Made by a program: the position numbers and the translations under genes
Shown: one piece after another, positions 40,344 through 54,407 of the stretch
Numbering within the stretch: position 1 is the first letter of the stretch
Layout: each line of letters begins with the position of its first letter
Notes under the pieces: model-generated
Told to the model about the DNA's origin: nothing
Databases searched by the model: none
What the model saw: the letters and a program-made list of their open reading frames with translations, nothing else
Assembly: GCA_964016885.1 (NCBI GenBank)
Contig: OZ024742.1
Coordinates: forward strand, 64,852,001-64,916,000
Direction: 5' to 3'
Origin: Eledone cirrhosa
Lineage: Eukaryota
DNA length: 64,000 bases

Positions 40344-40380
40344 TAATGAGTAAGAACAAGGTATCAAAATAGCATTATTA

Positions 40381-40556
40381 TGTTTATTCATGTGCGACAT
40401 GTGTTTCACAGTCAATCAGCTCGAGGTGCAATCAGTATCGATTGTGCCCGACTCTGGAATTGATAGCTCAGACTCAATTCCAGAGTGGGGTACGATCAAT
40501 ACTGATTGTACCTTGAGCTGATCAATCACAAAACGCATGTCACACATGAATAAACA
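40381..40556. repeat. Decayed palindrome, Penelope-like inverted end
   Basis: tgtttattcatgtg...cacatgaataaaca arms; GAAAC.CATGTC then AATAAA on the outward-reading strand. Confidence 0.6.
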
Positions 40557-40619
40557 GAAGCAAGCAATTTTGATACTTCATTCCTACTCCTTATTATTAT
40601 TAATACTATTATTATATAT

Positions 40620-43600
40620 ATCATCATCATCATTTTTACGTCCATTTTTCCATGCTTGCATGGGTTGGACGGGTCCTTCTCAGCCCGGTATCTCTCCACT
40701 CATGTTTCTTTGTCATCTCTTCTGCTAGTCTCGGTGATTTAATGTCAGCTCTCACAACCTCTGCTCAGGTCTTTCCTGGTCTACATCTACTGCGGCTTCC
40801 TTCCTCTGGGATTTCCTGGCATTTCTTTACCCAGCAGTAATTGTCCATGCACATCACATGTCCATACCAACACAGTATTCTCTCCTGCACACTACCTCAG
40901 ATTCCTCTTAAACCCAGCTTCTCCCTCCCTCAACTCTGCCTTTCTCTCACACTTACATTGCACATCCAATGAAGCATGGTTTCTTCATTTCTCTCCAGTC
41001 TACACATGTCCTCAGTAGTCACTGCCCATGTTTTACTACCATGCATCAGACATAGCACACAGGCACCATATAGTTATCCTTTTATAGATAGGGAGAAACC
41101 TTTTGTTGTCAACAGTGGGAGTAGCTCTCTACCTATTACATTCTCAGCGCACACTCCTCCACTGTTAATTAAGTCACCTAGATAGCAGAAGCTATCAACT
41201 ATTTCTATGGACCCTTCCTGTGACTGGAAAAGTTTTATATCACTAGTACTATTCCTCTTGATTACTCCTGTGCATCTTCTACATACAAAGTCCTCCCTTC
41301 CTGTTAGTCTACATGTTATTCCACTACATCTCTTATGTACCCAAGATTTACATTGTGTACTCCTTTTCTATATATTGAGCAGTGGAGGAATCAGTGTCTT
41401 ATCTTCTTTTCTACTAGCACTTTTGTTTTCCTTAAGTTTACTCTCAGACATTTTGATTCTAAATTCTGTTTCCATAATCAAACTTATTTTCTAGTTCTTT
41501 TATGGTTTCAGCTATAAGGACCAAATCATCTGCATAGAAAAGTTCCCATAGACAGCCCAATTTCAACTCCTCTGTTGTGGCCTGGAGAGCTATAATGATC
41601 AGCAGTGGGCTAAGAACTGAACCTTGATGAACTCCTACTTATACCTTGAATCCCTCTCTAAACTCACTTCCTACTCTCATTTTACTGACTGCTCTTCTGT
41701 ACATAGCTTGCACTGCTCATACAAGCCATTCTTCTACACCTAATTTTCTTAAGGACCACCAGATAACAGATCGAGGTACTCTGTCAAAGGCCTTTTCTAG
41801 ATCAACATAGCAGCTTATTTTTGACTAGGAACTTTTCTTGTAGTTGCCTCATTAGGAAGAGGGCATCTGTAGTACTTTTCCCAAGCATGAAACCAAACTG
41901 CATCTCATTTATTTTGACTTCTTCCCTAATTAGTTGCATTATAATTCTTCCTGTCACTTTCATAACTTGATCCATTAGTTTTATTCCTTTATAGTTTCTC
42001 CTTTCTAGAGCAACACCTTTTCCCTTGTAGGAATTAATGATTGTACTGTTGCACCAGTCATTGGGTATGACTGCATCTTGTATTGCTTGATTGACTATGT
42101 GGGTTACTATTTTGACTCCTACCTCCTCCTATCTCCGACAGTTCTGCAGCTTTATCGTTCTTCATCTCTTTGATTGCATCTTTAACCCTATAACTATCAG
42201 CTTCAATAGCTGGTCCTTCCTTTGGGTTACTTGGGGTACTTTCTCTTCCTCCCATTCATTCTCTACATTCATCAATCTCTCATAGCAATATTTCCAGGCT
42301 TCTTTCTTTTGGGTGACGGGGGGGGGGGGGGGGGGGGGGGGCTAAGTGCGCCAACGTATTTTCTAACACATTTTCCCCCAACAATATCCCAATTTACACT
42401 AACTTACTGCTTTGTAATATGGAATATTTCATTGGCAAACTTTTCAGGCTCTCTCCAAGCTGTATATACCTATCGTCTAGTTTCATTCTTAGCTACCTGG
42501 TACAGGTCTCTGCTACTCCATTTTCCAGTCTTTCCATGCCTGTCTCTTGGCTTTAATGGCTCTGTCTATTGTGCTGTTCCACCACCACATCACCCTCTGT
42601 CTGTCTGGCACTTTACTCCAACCACAAGTCTTGTCAACAGTTTGCAAAAGGTTGTATAATACAGACTCAAACATACACCTTGTAGGCACCTCTTAACCAC
42701 TATACCAAACTCCTGTCCACACGACCCTTACACTGTGAACAAAACGTATGCAGCCCACACTGTAAAGTGGTCATGTGGGAATCATGGCAAAAAGCACCTA
42801 GCCCACACTGTAAAGTGGTCATGTGGGAGTCACGGCAAAAAGCACCAAGCAAACACTGTAAATGTGTTTGGTGTTAGGAAGGGCATCCAGCCTTAGAAAA
42901 CAAGCCAGAAACAGTCCTGTATGAGTAAGATACAGTCACCTGACCCAACTAACCTCAAATGAGATGACACGTCTAACCCATGCTAGAATGGAAAATGGGT
43001 GCTAAACAATGATGATAATGATGATGATGATGATGTCATATAAGAATTTCCAGTTGTCCTCTACATTATATGTATCTAGTTCATCACCTCTCTCATGAAA
43101 TGCATCCTGTAGGGCCTTTCTAAACCTATATTTAACTGAAAGGTCCTTTAGCTTCCAAACCCTCTATCTCCATATTTTCCTGCCTGTCATGTTCCATCTT
43201 TTGTATATTTTGATGTCACTAATAACTAACTTGTGCTGGGCAGTTCATTCTTCCCCAGGGCAGGCTTTAGTATTTATAACAGTCCATTTATCTCATTGTC
43301 TTACAAGTAAGTAATCGATTTGGCTTGTGTGTTCTCCTGATTGATATAAAATCAGATGGTTAGTGCATTTCCTGAAATTTGTATTGCAAATGGTTAGTTC
43401 ATTTGCACCACAGGATTTCAAGAGCCTCAATCTCTTTTCATTCCTTGAGCCATAACTATAGCTGCTGTGAACTCCACTGAATCTGTCCTGGTACTGTCCC
43501 ACATTTCCATTAAAGTCACCTGCCAAGATGATGAAGTCTCTTTCATCAATACCTGAAGTTGTCTGTAAAAGTTCCTCATAGAACTTGTCCTTTTGTTCTT

Positions 43601-43785
43601 TACTCAAGTACTGCCTATGGAGCATTGGTAGATGTAATTGTCACCATTCTATTTCCTACAGCTATTATAAGCTTGATAATTCTGTCACTTACTCTGACTA
43701 CCTTTATCACCTTATGTCTCCATTTCTCAGCTAGTAAGATGCCTACACCTCCTACCTCATTGTCATTTCTTACCCAGTAGAGTTT
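40620..43785 (-). mobile_element. Decayed near-full-length RTE LINE with nested SINE (~42700-43035, +)
   Basis: APE (KDKFYEEL, ILAGDFNG.VG, QIDYLLVR), RT (VDLEKAFDRV, GVHQGSVLSP, FYADD), PHD remnant, (gat)n tail. Confidence 0.85.
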
Positions 43786-44079
43786 TTTTAATGTTTTGAA
43801 ATTGTGTGTTTAGTATGCAGTATGCTCAGATGTAGGCTTTTATTATGGTTGCCATTAATGTAGAGAAATAATTATACAAAATATGTCTTCAAAATGATAA
43901 AAACAAAATGAACAAAAGACATTTTACTCAAAATATTATCCTTCAAAACAAGATGAACAATAGAAAAATAGGAAAATATGAAGCTTAATAATTAGTTTCC
44001 CTTAGATTAGTGATATGACTTAATCAAGTGGCGAGTGCATTGAATATGAAAGGTTTTAAGTAAGTTTTGATACTAACAA

Positions 44080-44790
44080 AACTAGCTGAATTGTAACAAT
44101 ATTTAGAGACAACATATTCAGATTCTTAAAAGTCCAAGTTAGGCATATTTTAAAAGAAAGTGCTTGAAATTGAATCAAAGGAAGCTACATTTTCATGATT
44201 TATGTCAAAATTGATTATAAACTATCAAAATAAGGTAGAGCACATATAATTACAGAAAACATGAAGCCATTTGGTAGAGGGCATATAAAATGACATGATT
44301 AGAAGGCACATTCATTAAATGTCATATTTTTTAGGAACTAAGCTATGACAAATTAAAAAAGTTGAATATTTTCTCTTTTAATAGATGAGTCAACAAATGG
44401 TGATTTAGGAGTTTTGCTCGTGTTTGTATGCTATATTAAGGTAGATTAAAGAAGAATTATTAAGCTGCCAGCATTTGAAAAGTCATACTATAGGATCTTA
44501 TATTAAATAATTCATTTAAGGGGGGAAAATGAAATTTTGTGAATATTTTTGTTTAAGAATTTGAACTGAAAAAGCTACAGCTATGGTAGGGAACATTTCA
44601 AGTTCTATTGCAAGAATTAAAAAGAATTAATTCGAATGCTGAAAGTTACCACAGCTGTCTTCATTATTAAGCACTAACAATGAAATGTGTGTCTCAAGAT
44701 TTTAAATTAGCAGTAAACAATGCTGTAAAATTGGTCAATTATATTAAATCAAGACCTCTAAATGTAAAAATCATCAGTCTATTAGTTGAA
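44080..44790 (+). mobile_element. hAT (Buster/Charlie-like) transposase relic
   Basis: FSL.IDEST and AVKLVNYIKSRPLN motifs amid many stops. Confidence 0.55.
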
Positions 44791-45329
44791 AAAGGGGTAA
44801 AACTTGCACCTTTATTACTTCATCACTTAGCAACTTTCTTACCAGCCTCCCTAGTGTTGGTGATCTACATGATGAATGCACCCAGTATATTCAGTAAAGT
44901 GATTGGGTATAGAAAGGGCCTCTAGCCAAAGAAAACTTGCCAAAAAGAAGCTGGAAGGATTCTTCAGCTGTGTCAAAGAAATGGCAACCTTCTTAGTGTT
45001 GGTACCACAGTAAAATATACTTAGTAAAGTGCAGGGACATATGTGAGATGTGAAACCCTGATCCTTCTGAGTAATCAGTAGAGTACAAGAATGTAAAGTA
45101 AATGAGATGCCAGCTCTAGTCTATTTGAGATGTCAGTAGCTCCACTTGAGTACTGACTCAATCTGTGAAGACCCATCTAACCCTTACTAGCAGGAAAAAT
45201 AAACATTAAATGATGATGCATGCTGGTTATCACTTCGAAAAACTAATAAATCTTTATGCAAAAAAGAGAAGAAATTGGCTGATCAATTTATATCAATCAA
45301 AATCTTTTGATAGAATTGAGCAACACAAC

Positions 45330-47735
45330 AGCTGTCTTTGGGCAGATTGTTGGGTTTGATCCTCTTATTAGAGGCTGGATCACTTCCATGTATTCAGGAA
45401 CCTATCAGTGGTTAGATTAAATGGCTATTCATTGGAAACGTTTCAAATCACACACTCAGTTTATCATGGGTGTCGTCTCTCATCACTTCTGTATGTATCA
45501 ATTCTCAAGCCACTGTTATAGAAACTCAAGGTGTTGAGAAACAGCTCATTTGAACTGGAACATTGGAGAGCCATGTTGGCATGTACAGATGATATGAAAG
45601 TATTGTCAGACACCTCAGAGGTCAAGATGATGAGCACTATTCCAAAAGAATATAAAGGGTTGGCAGGAGAAAGGATTTACTTGAATAAGTTAGTGGACTC
45701 GTAGCTCAGAACCTAGAAAGGCAAATCTATCCTGTCAAACAGCATTATGGGACATTGAACTAACAGACTAGTTTAGTTGCTTGGGGTTTATTTTGGTCCT
45801 GACCCCCTGCTGGATAGGAACTGGGACCAAATTACAAGCAAGGTGGCAAGTCTCATCCAGAAGAGGAAGATATTTCTGAAAGATCAAGTAGAGGTGGCAA
45901 ACACATACCACACCACATTATACTACCACTTGACTGTCATGCCTTACTCCAGTTTTTGTCTGAACATATTGGAAAATGAGGTGGCATATTGGCAGAGTTG
46001 TTAAGACATTGGATAGAATGCTTTACGGTATTCATCCCACCTCATTGCGTGCTTTGAGTTCAAATCCCGCCGAGGTCAACTTAAGCACAATAAGGTGATG
46101 AATTGGCAGAATTGGTAGAACATCAGATGGAATGTTTTGTGGTATTCATTGCAGCTGTCTGTTCTTTGAGTTTAAATCATCCCACCAAGGTCAACTTTGC
46201 CTTTCATCTTTTTGAGGTCGATAAAAAACTACCAGTCCAGGACTGGGTTCGATTCTTCGCCTATAGAAAAAATTTGCTGTGTTATGATCTGGAGTGGGTT
46301 GGGATCCACCAGGTTTAAAAGTGCTCTAGACACACCGTATGACGATGTCTCTACGACTCCACAAGAAGTTGTGGGATCTTTATCCTTTATCCTATTGAAA
46401 CATCTGCTCATGTGGAAGGTATACATTCCACTTGTCAGGTAATCAGTTTGCTACCAATAACCTCTATGTGGAGGACTTAGTATGCTATGACTGATATAAA
46501 GACATGCGGTGAAGCTGCAGCATCTACAGACATTCCTGGATGTTGAGCAGATGGAGTTGCCCATTGTCAGACACCTTTTCTTATGGTTTGTCTGTTTGAT
46601 GGAGTTGCAATAAAGACTAAGACTGGTTGTCTAGTATCTGAGATTTTAAGTGCTCATAATTATCATCCAGTTGGGCAATACAAGTGGAGGAACATCCATG
46701 TTAGCATGCTATAACAGATTAATGGTGAGTGTGAGCAGAAACATTCTCAGGGAAACTTTGGGTATCAATGAACATCAACTAGATAATCTGTTCCAGAGTG
46801 CTTTCAGCTCAATAATTATGGAAAACTTGCAGGAATTTCTGGCTAGGAGAACATTGTCAGTTCAAGACAAACATAACATATACAGAAGCAACATCAGTTG
46901 GGCCTGTCTATGTTGTGCACAGATTTATGAAACCCCTTGTGCATACTGTTTGAACATTGATGACTTGTGGAATTTAAGCAAACAACTCTTATTGCATGTA
47001 TGATGAATCCAAGTCTCATCTGAGTCTATCATGAAGATCACAGAGCCACCTTTCTTTGGCAAGGAAGGGCAGGAACCTTTCTAGTGCCTGGCTCTAGTGA
47101 AAGAAGTTGTGTGGTGGATGCAGCTGAAAAACCTGAGAATTAACCCTTTAGGATTTAAATTGGCCATATCCAGCCAGAATTCTCTTGCCTCTTTCATTTC
47201 AAACTGGCCATAACCAGCCACCCATACTGATGTTAAGGTATTGTTCTCAAAATAAATATCAAAATTTCATAGACTCAATATCATGTGAGATATTTATGTA
47301 AGATAAAGCCTTTACCACAAAAATACAATAGTATATATAGAGTAATGTAAATGCTAAAGGGTTAAAGACTTACATCTTTTCCCCAGTCATTTTGTTGAAA
47401 GATAAGCAAGAGAAATGAAAATGGTCCATATGAATGGATCTAGAAGCCATTATAAATGTATCTGTAAGCCAGGGAGTTATAGCTGGGAGAACGTACCTGC
47501 CCTTGGTAACCTGAGTAATCCTGAATATTTGTGGTTCCTTAATTTGCTCTAGTTGACAATACTGCTCTAAAGATATACTAATTTGTATACTGCATATACT
47601 TAAATTTTTTCTTTCATTCACTTTCACTGTAACCCCCACCAGCACACACACACACACACACACAGTTTTGTAACCTGTCCGTGTAATATTCCCTCAGTTG
47701 TCTCCCTCGTGGCCAATTAAAGAAATTTCTATTAT
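45330..47735 (+). mobile_element. Old decayed Tx1-family copy with nested SINEs and MITE
   Basis: LLGVYFGPD...NWDQIT.KV, EVVWWM.LK homologous to the 54734-58171 ORF; 3' end gtggccaattaaagaaa at ~47709-47726. Confidence 0.75.
47140..47365 (+). mobile_element. piggyBac-like MITE
   Basis: TTAA TSD both sides; TIR CCCTTTAG.ATTTA / TAAATGCTAAAGGG. Confidence 0.8.
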
Positions 47736-48559
47736 TACTGATGGAATGTCAGATTTATTAGATCATCAGCAGTATTTGTTCCAGTTCATTATGGTCTAAG
47801 TTCAAATTCTGGTAAGGTCAACTTTGCTTTTAATCCTTCCAAGGTCAATAAAATAAAGTACTCCTCAAGTATTGGGGTCAGTATAATTGTCTTTCCCTTT
47901 CCTTAAATTACTGACCTTGTGCCAAAATTAGAAATCATTATTGGTGGATTGGCAGAATTGATAGAGCATCAGATAAAATGTTCTGTGATATTAATTCTGG
48001 TTCTTTACATTCTGAGAATGTTTGGGGAATATAAATTCCTCCTGTTAATGTATAGCATCAGACTTATTTTGTTGCATGGTTTAACTTGTAGTTTATTGAT
48101 TGTTGTTATTTAATAGTAGTTTTTCCTTTGTGTATATGTCAGGCAGACTATTCCTTGTGTGTGTGGGGGCAGGGAGGGGGGGGGGTATATATTCTATCTA
48201 TATCTGCTTTGAGGTGGTGATTTCATTATTTTTCTGTTTAAATTTTTCAACTCACTGAGCTTCCAGTTTATTATATTGGCACTGTAATTTATCACTATAA
48301 TTACTGGCAGAATAGTTAGAGCATTGGGTGAAATGTCTTTATATTCTGAGTTCAAATCCCATTGAAGTTAATTTAGCCTTTCATCCTTCAGGGGGTCAAT
48401 AGAATAAAGTACCGCTTAACTACTGGAGTTGATACAATTTGCTTTTCCCTTTCCCCAAATTGCTGGCCTTGTGCCTAAAGTAGAAACAATTATTATTATT
48501 ATTATCACTCTGTCATTCAGAGCAAATAGAAAATGCACTGGAGTATTTAATCACCTGTC

Positions 48560-48930
48560 AAGTCGCAACAAGGAACTCAGACAGATAATACTCTCCTCAA
48601 AATGTGTGCAGTACCTAGCAAAGCCACCTTTTGTATGACATCTAATCTGTATGGTATTCCCTGTCACTTTAAAAAGTTTTGAAGTTTCTATAGGATTGAC
48701 CCTAATGCCTCAATCACAACTGGCATCATTTTCACATTAACCTCTTGCATTCCAAATAGTCTTGCCAGCTCCACTTTCAATTCAGAGTACTTGGTAACTT
48801 TTTCAATCTCTTTACTTACAGTATTTGTCTTTCTTATTCAATACGACAATGTCTGGTCGGTGATGCTCAATTATTCTATCAGTTTGAAAATCATAATCCG
48901 AGAATATCGTTGCTTTCCTATCTTCTTGAA
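48560..48930 (-). mobile_element. RLE-type (R4/Dong-like) 3' fragment
   Basis: DFQTDRIIEHHRPDIVV, EKVTKYSELKVELARL, MPVVIEALG on -. Confidence 0.7.
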
Positions 48931-48959
48931 TTACTTTACTGAAGTCAATTTAATTGACT

Positions 48960-49150
48960 TTCCCCTCCTTGAAACTGTTCACCATCTGCCTAAATCAGAA
49001 ACTGGAACGTCGGCAGCCTCTCTGAGGAAGGACCTCCGCATGGTGGGGTGGCTGTTGCAGCGGGTATCGCTGGCCATTTTATGCGGAAATGCTTTTGCAG
49101 TCTTGTCCATGGGGCACAGCTCCATTACCAGTGTGCCATAAGCCCAAAGC
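48960..49150 (+). mobile_element. CRE-like LINE extreme 3' fragment
   Basis: GWLLQRVSLAILCGNA. Confidence 0.55.
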
Positions 49151-49384
49151 CCAATCACCTTCACCCTCACTCCCCCCATTCTTCTGTGACACTAGAACTC
49201 TTGCTTTTCCCTTCCTTTTCTGTTTTTTTTAAATATTTTCTTATTTTCCATTCCATTCTTTCTTCTCAATCTAATTTTTTTTTTCTTTTTCTATTGAATT
49301 GCATTTACATGATATACATATAATAAAAGGTTCCACTTTATATTCTTTAAAAAAATTATTATTGCTATTATTATTATTATCATA

Positions 49385-51040
49385 ATCAGAGGATAGATCA
49401 CTGCAACGTACAGCAACATCTGCTCTGTGGTCAGAATGAATAGTCACCTCTCAGAACTGTTCAACATCAAGCGCTTGGTCTGCCAAGGTTGTCCCCTCTT
49501 TTCCCTATTGTATGTATTGACACTCAAGCCACTACTAGACAAATTTGAGATGTTGATGGTTGTCCCACAAAAATTAGGATGCAGGAAATCTGTGTCAGAG
49601 TATGCCAATGGTGGCACTGTAGGGTGTTGAACACCAAGCACATTGAGATGATCGGGACCACTCTCAAGATTTACAAAGTGGTAACAGGAGTGAAAATTAA
49701 CCATGAAAAGTCAGTGTTCCTGCAACTTGGCACCTGGAGGAGTAGGTCCACACTATCTAACAGCATTGTCAGACACTGGTCGGATGGACCAGTTAAATTG
49801 CTTTGGGTCTGGTTTAGCCAAGACCTATAGATGGACAAAACTAGGACAAGGTAATGAGCAGAGTAGCTACTCTCACCCAGAAATGAGTTGTGAGGAATAT
49901 ATCCCAGAAGGGTCAAGCAAAGGTGGTAAATGCATACATTGTGTCCATCATCTATCTACTACTGCCTGACCATCATGCCTTGCCTTGCTCCCTGTTTGTC
50001 TACACTGGAGTGTTTGCTCTTTCACTTTTTGTGGAAGGGATACATGCCAATTATCAGGTAGTTCATTTGCTGTCAACATTGGCTGCAAGGAGGACTGGGC
50101 ATGCCATGGCTGCTGATGTTATGTCATCTCCAGCTTTTCCTTGACAGTGAACATGTGTGGTCACCATTTGCTAGATGCATTTTTCCCCAGCTTGTCTCCT
50201 TGATCGAGCTGCTCTCTTAAGTCAAATGAAAACTGAAACGGAACACTTGGAAACTGGAATGTTTTCACATACTCATAGCCCTTTGCCAAACAGATAGTAC
50301 AATCAGTGGAAACTTCACCTTCTCATTCTATAGAGGGTTAGTGGTGGGTAAAAGTGATGACAATCTTGAGGAACTCTGGGCATCAACGGAAATCAACTAG
50401 CTACTCTTTTTTGGTGGACTGTTGGTTCAGGGCTCGTGGATAACTTCCAGAAATCCCTGGCCTGGTAGTGCTACCAGGAAGCAATGCCAGTTCAAGTTAA
50501 ACCCTACAGGCATGGAAGTGCTATCAAGATGTGAACGGGTGACAAAACCATCCTGCACAAACTTGTTGAGTGTATGAGTGTTACTGATTTGTGATTTTAT
50601 CTTGAACACTTGCTGTCACATGTTGGATGGATCTAGCTATCAACTGAATCCACCGTGAAGATAGCCTCATTACCTTCCTTTAGCCAGGAAAGACAGAAGT
50701 TTTAATCTGTCTGGTGGTCATGGCGAAGGGGGTTGTATGGTAAACTCATTTGAAAGAGTTGAAAACAAGCACTTTCCGCTTCGGCAAAGCCCTGATTAAC
50801 TTTTACAGTTCGTTGAAAGGTGGGTGTGAGTGGTGAGCATGGCCTGCTTTGAGTATGTGCCTGAAGATTGGAGGAGGACAACTGGGAGAAGGCACTTGCC
50901 CTAGCAGTCAGGGTGACAATGGCTTTGTGCGGGTGATCTCCATGAGTGACCCTTGGAGATTTTCCTCATATGGAGAATTTGTTTGAATGTTTATTTTTTC
51001 TAGTTTTTGTTATAACATTTTAAATTCACATTGTATCTCC
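49385..51040 (+). mobile_element. Second old decayed Tx1-family copy
   Basis: QGCPLFSLLYVLTLKPLL, LQLGTWR, DGPVKLL.VWF homologous to the intact ORF. Confidence 0.8.
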
Positions 51041-51077
51041 CATTATTAATATTATTATCATTATTATTATCATTATT

Positions 51078-51297
51078 AGGGCACTGGATTGGTAGTATTG
51101 TTAGAGCATCAGACAATATGCTTTGTGGCATAGAGTTACGGCCCTTTATGTTCTGAGTTCAAATCCTCCCGGGGTTATCTTTTCCATTCATCCTTATGGG
51201 GGTCAATAAAATAAAGTACCAGTAATGTACTGGGGTTGATTTAGTCGACTTTCCTCTCTCCCAAAATTGTTGGCCTTGTGCCTAAATCAGAAACCCT
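51078..51297 (+). mobile_element. Nin/Deu-like SINE
   Basis: Matches 35854-36040 family. Confidence 0.75.
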
Positions 51298-51608
51298 TAT
51301 TATCATCATTATTGTTGTTAATGTTTACTTATTTGTATTTTAGGTTGCAAATATTTGATCACTTGATGTGCATCATCAGTGCCTGTGTACTACACTGTTA
51401 AGGGCATCATGGATGCAACTTAGAGAACAAGGCTGGTGCAAAATACCATCTCTTTACCTATTCAATGAAAGAATCAGATTTAAAAACAACTCACACACAC
51501 ACAAACACACATATATATATATATACACATATATATTATGTGTGTAAGTGAGAGAGATAATTTATCTAGTAAACAATACCATCTATATCAATCAAAGCAA
51601 GAAAAAGA

Positions 51609-52515
51609 ATGACAACTAAAGCAACTATGAAGACTGAAGATTTAAACTGGACAGATATGTCTTACACACTGACTGATATTGATGCAAATTTGTGTATTTC
51701 AACATGTTTTGTGAAGATTGAACATGGGATGCAACTGCAATCATTTCTTGACCAATTTATGATTAAAAAATTCCAAACCATCTACAGTATACGAGCATTT
51801 AAGATGAAAGACAATGAAGACATCACTGAAGGCTCCACATATGGGGAAGAAATAACAATTCCAGTGTCCTGTCCTGAACGTGGTTCAATAATTCCTCTCT
51901 ATGGTGTTTCACATATCTTCAAAACTGTTGAAGAGATGATGATGGCTTTTCCCCGTTTTGTTGAAGTCCAAGAGGAACTGACGGTTTGTTCAAACAACCT
52001 TTTGGTTCATTTAAAACCAGGTGATCATCTAGAACTAGTGGAAGTCAAGAAATCTTCAGACACAACTGGTGACAAACTGCTATGTCATAATGAGAATCAT
52101 GGAAGGTTTTACTTAAATGCAAGTAACATTGGCCGCTTCAAAACTTTGTCTGATCCACATTCCTATAACATCAGTGATGTATTAAGACTGCTAAAGTTGC
52201 CGCAAATTTTAAAATTTGGAAGAAGCATCTACTATACTTCTGACTCACAGAGTGCAGAACCAGATTCTGGATATTCTGGCATGTTTTTACTAGTTGGCTT
52301 ACAGAAAAGTCGAGCTGCTGTGATTTGTCCGATTTCATTGAACATGACTGATGATGATGATAATGGCTATATTTTGGCACTTGATTCAGATCTATTTAAA
52401 CATCTAAAGTATCATATTGCCTTCAATAATGATTGCAATAATTTGGTAATATGTGATTCCAAGAAAAGTAATTCTTGTAAGATGAAAAAATCTGAACAAC
52501 ATAGTACAGCATCAG
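51609..52515 (+). CDS. First coding exon of CABIT-domain (THEMIS/GAREM-like) protein
   Basis: Non-repetitive 302-codon open frame with CABIT-like pattern (W...YTL..I, ITIPV, FKTVEEM..FPRFV.V, LKPGDHLEL, LLC, GRF, Y.I.DVL...KLPQ.L.F); donor CAG|GTAAGC after 52515; candidate acceptor tttttag-like at 51343. Confidence 0.7.
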
Positions 52516-54407
52516 GTAAGCTATCATCTATATTATTTTGTTATTTGGCATTTTCCTGTATATCTCTCTGATGTATATTAATTGGCTAATAAACTAATGT
52601 TGACAATTTCTAACCATATTCTAGATTTATTTTAAAGATATCTCCATGTGTTATAATATCATGTATTTTAAAGACATCTTTTGTCAGTTATGACAAGATT
52701 ATTTATTTTTAAGATGGCTCCATTTCACCTGTATACTATTAAAGCTGGGTATCTGTATTTCTGTTTGTATTCCATGATTTTAGCAAAACTAGAGCATTTT
52801 GCAGCTGTTTCTTTGCTACCCTATCTATTCAGCATATGTTCTTTGTTATCAGCTTATCATCATTATCACTTTCATCATCATCATCATTTACATTCATCTC
52901 AACTTGCTCATACATTCCATATTTGGTTTGGTTTCTACAGTTGTATGACCTTACTAACACCAACCTCCTTATGGTTTATACTGAGTGCATTTTATCATGA
53001 CACCAGCACTAGAGAGGGTATCATATGTGCAGGTAGACTAAAGAGTCCTCTATACACAACACTGTCTCTGTTTGATCACCAACCACATACAGAGTGGGCA
53101 CTAATATTGTGCCTCATTGTGTTCACTGAGCACTTTACAAGAGAGGATGATAGTGAATAATTTCCATTCTGGCAGAGGTCATCTAGTCTCCAATCTCTTA
53201 CAATATTTAGTTTTAGTGTCACTGACTATGCTTGTATGAGTGGGACTTATCAACTTATATTGCATATTAAATACTATAATGATTTCTGCGTAAGACACAA
53301 AGCAACATGTACCACAAAGGAGTCTTCTGCATAATTTTCCAACCTGCTAGAAATAAAAACCAAATTCCCTCAAACCTTAAAACAAGAAAGACATACTAGA
53401 CCATATAGTCCTGTATATACAAAAAGACAGTGTGGTTGGTTCAAACTAGAACATCTTTGATCATAGTTCTATCCTACCAGGTCTGACCTGTGGTTGAACA
53501 ACAATAAAAATGAGATTCAGTAGAAACAGATAACAAGAATAGTGAAGGGAATGTTAATAAGTATTAAATCTTTTGTGAATTTTGAGCCCAGGAAATAACT
53601 TGACCTGAAAATCTATTTATCTATGAAGTTTATCACATTGTTGCAGTCTTTTTAGTTTTGTTGTTTTTAGCATTTAAAGCTGTTGCATACTCTGGTTGAC
53701 TTATGAGTGAAATTCAATAGACATGAACTATGCTGAAGCCCATCTATAAGCATATACCTGTAATTCAAAGATCCAGACTTATTATATATTGTATCACACT
53801 TATTTAGCTTAAGAAATATGTTATGGGTACACATGTTTGTGAAATAACCAACCACTTAGATATAGAAACTAAAACCAATAGAAATAGAAGATAGCTTGAA
53901 TTCCTTTAATCACAAGTATGCTCTGTCAAGGCTAATCTGGGTTAAAATAAAAACCATTGCTTTAACACATTTGAAACCAATCTACCTGAAATTACTTTGT
54001 TTAATGATATGCAACTGCTCATTTTAAAATGTTCATACTTATAGTAAAACTGTCCTTCATAATTTTATTCAAGAATTTTTTGTTTATCAACTTACTAGTG
54101 ATAAGATTAAATTTGTCAATTTTTCAAAATTAATTGATATACAAAGGTAATGTATTTCATAAGTAATTAATATGTTAAAAAAGTAACAAAAAAGTTAATA
54201 TAATCTTCTGTATGGTACTGATACAGTCAATCATATATTGGACAATGGACTTCAGAATATTATCTAGAAAGCTTCCTGTTAGAAGTGTTGACTTTTTCTT
54301 TGATGTTTAATTTCGGTTCTAAATTTATATATTTTTCATGACCCACCCTAGTTCATTTATTTTTTCTGATACTATCAGAGGGGTCTCTAGATATACATAC
54401 ATAAGAC

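Noticed and set aside
42731-42865. Spaced ~48-bp repeats resembling a CRISPR array
   Set aside because: Tandem subrepeats of the RTE/SINE 3' UTR in eukaryotic DNA; no unique spacers or cas genes
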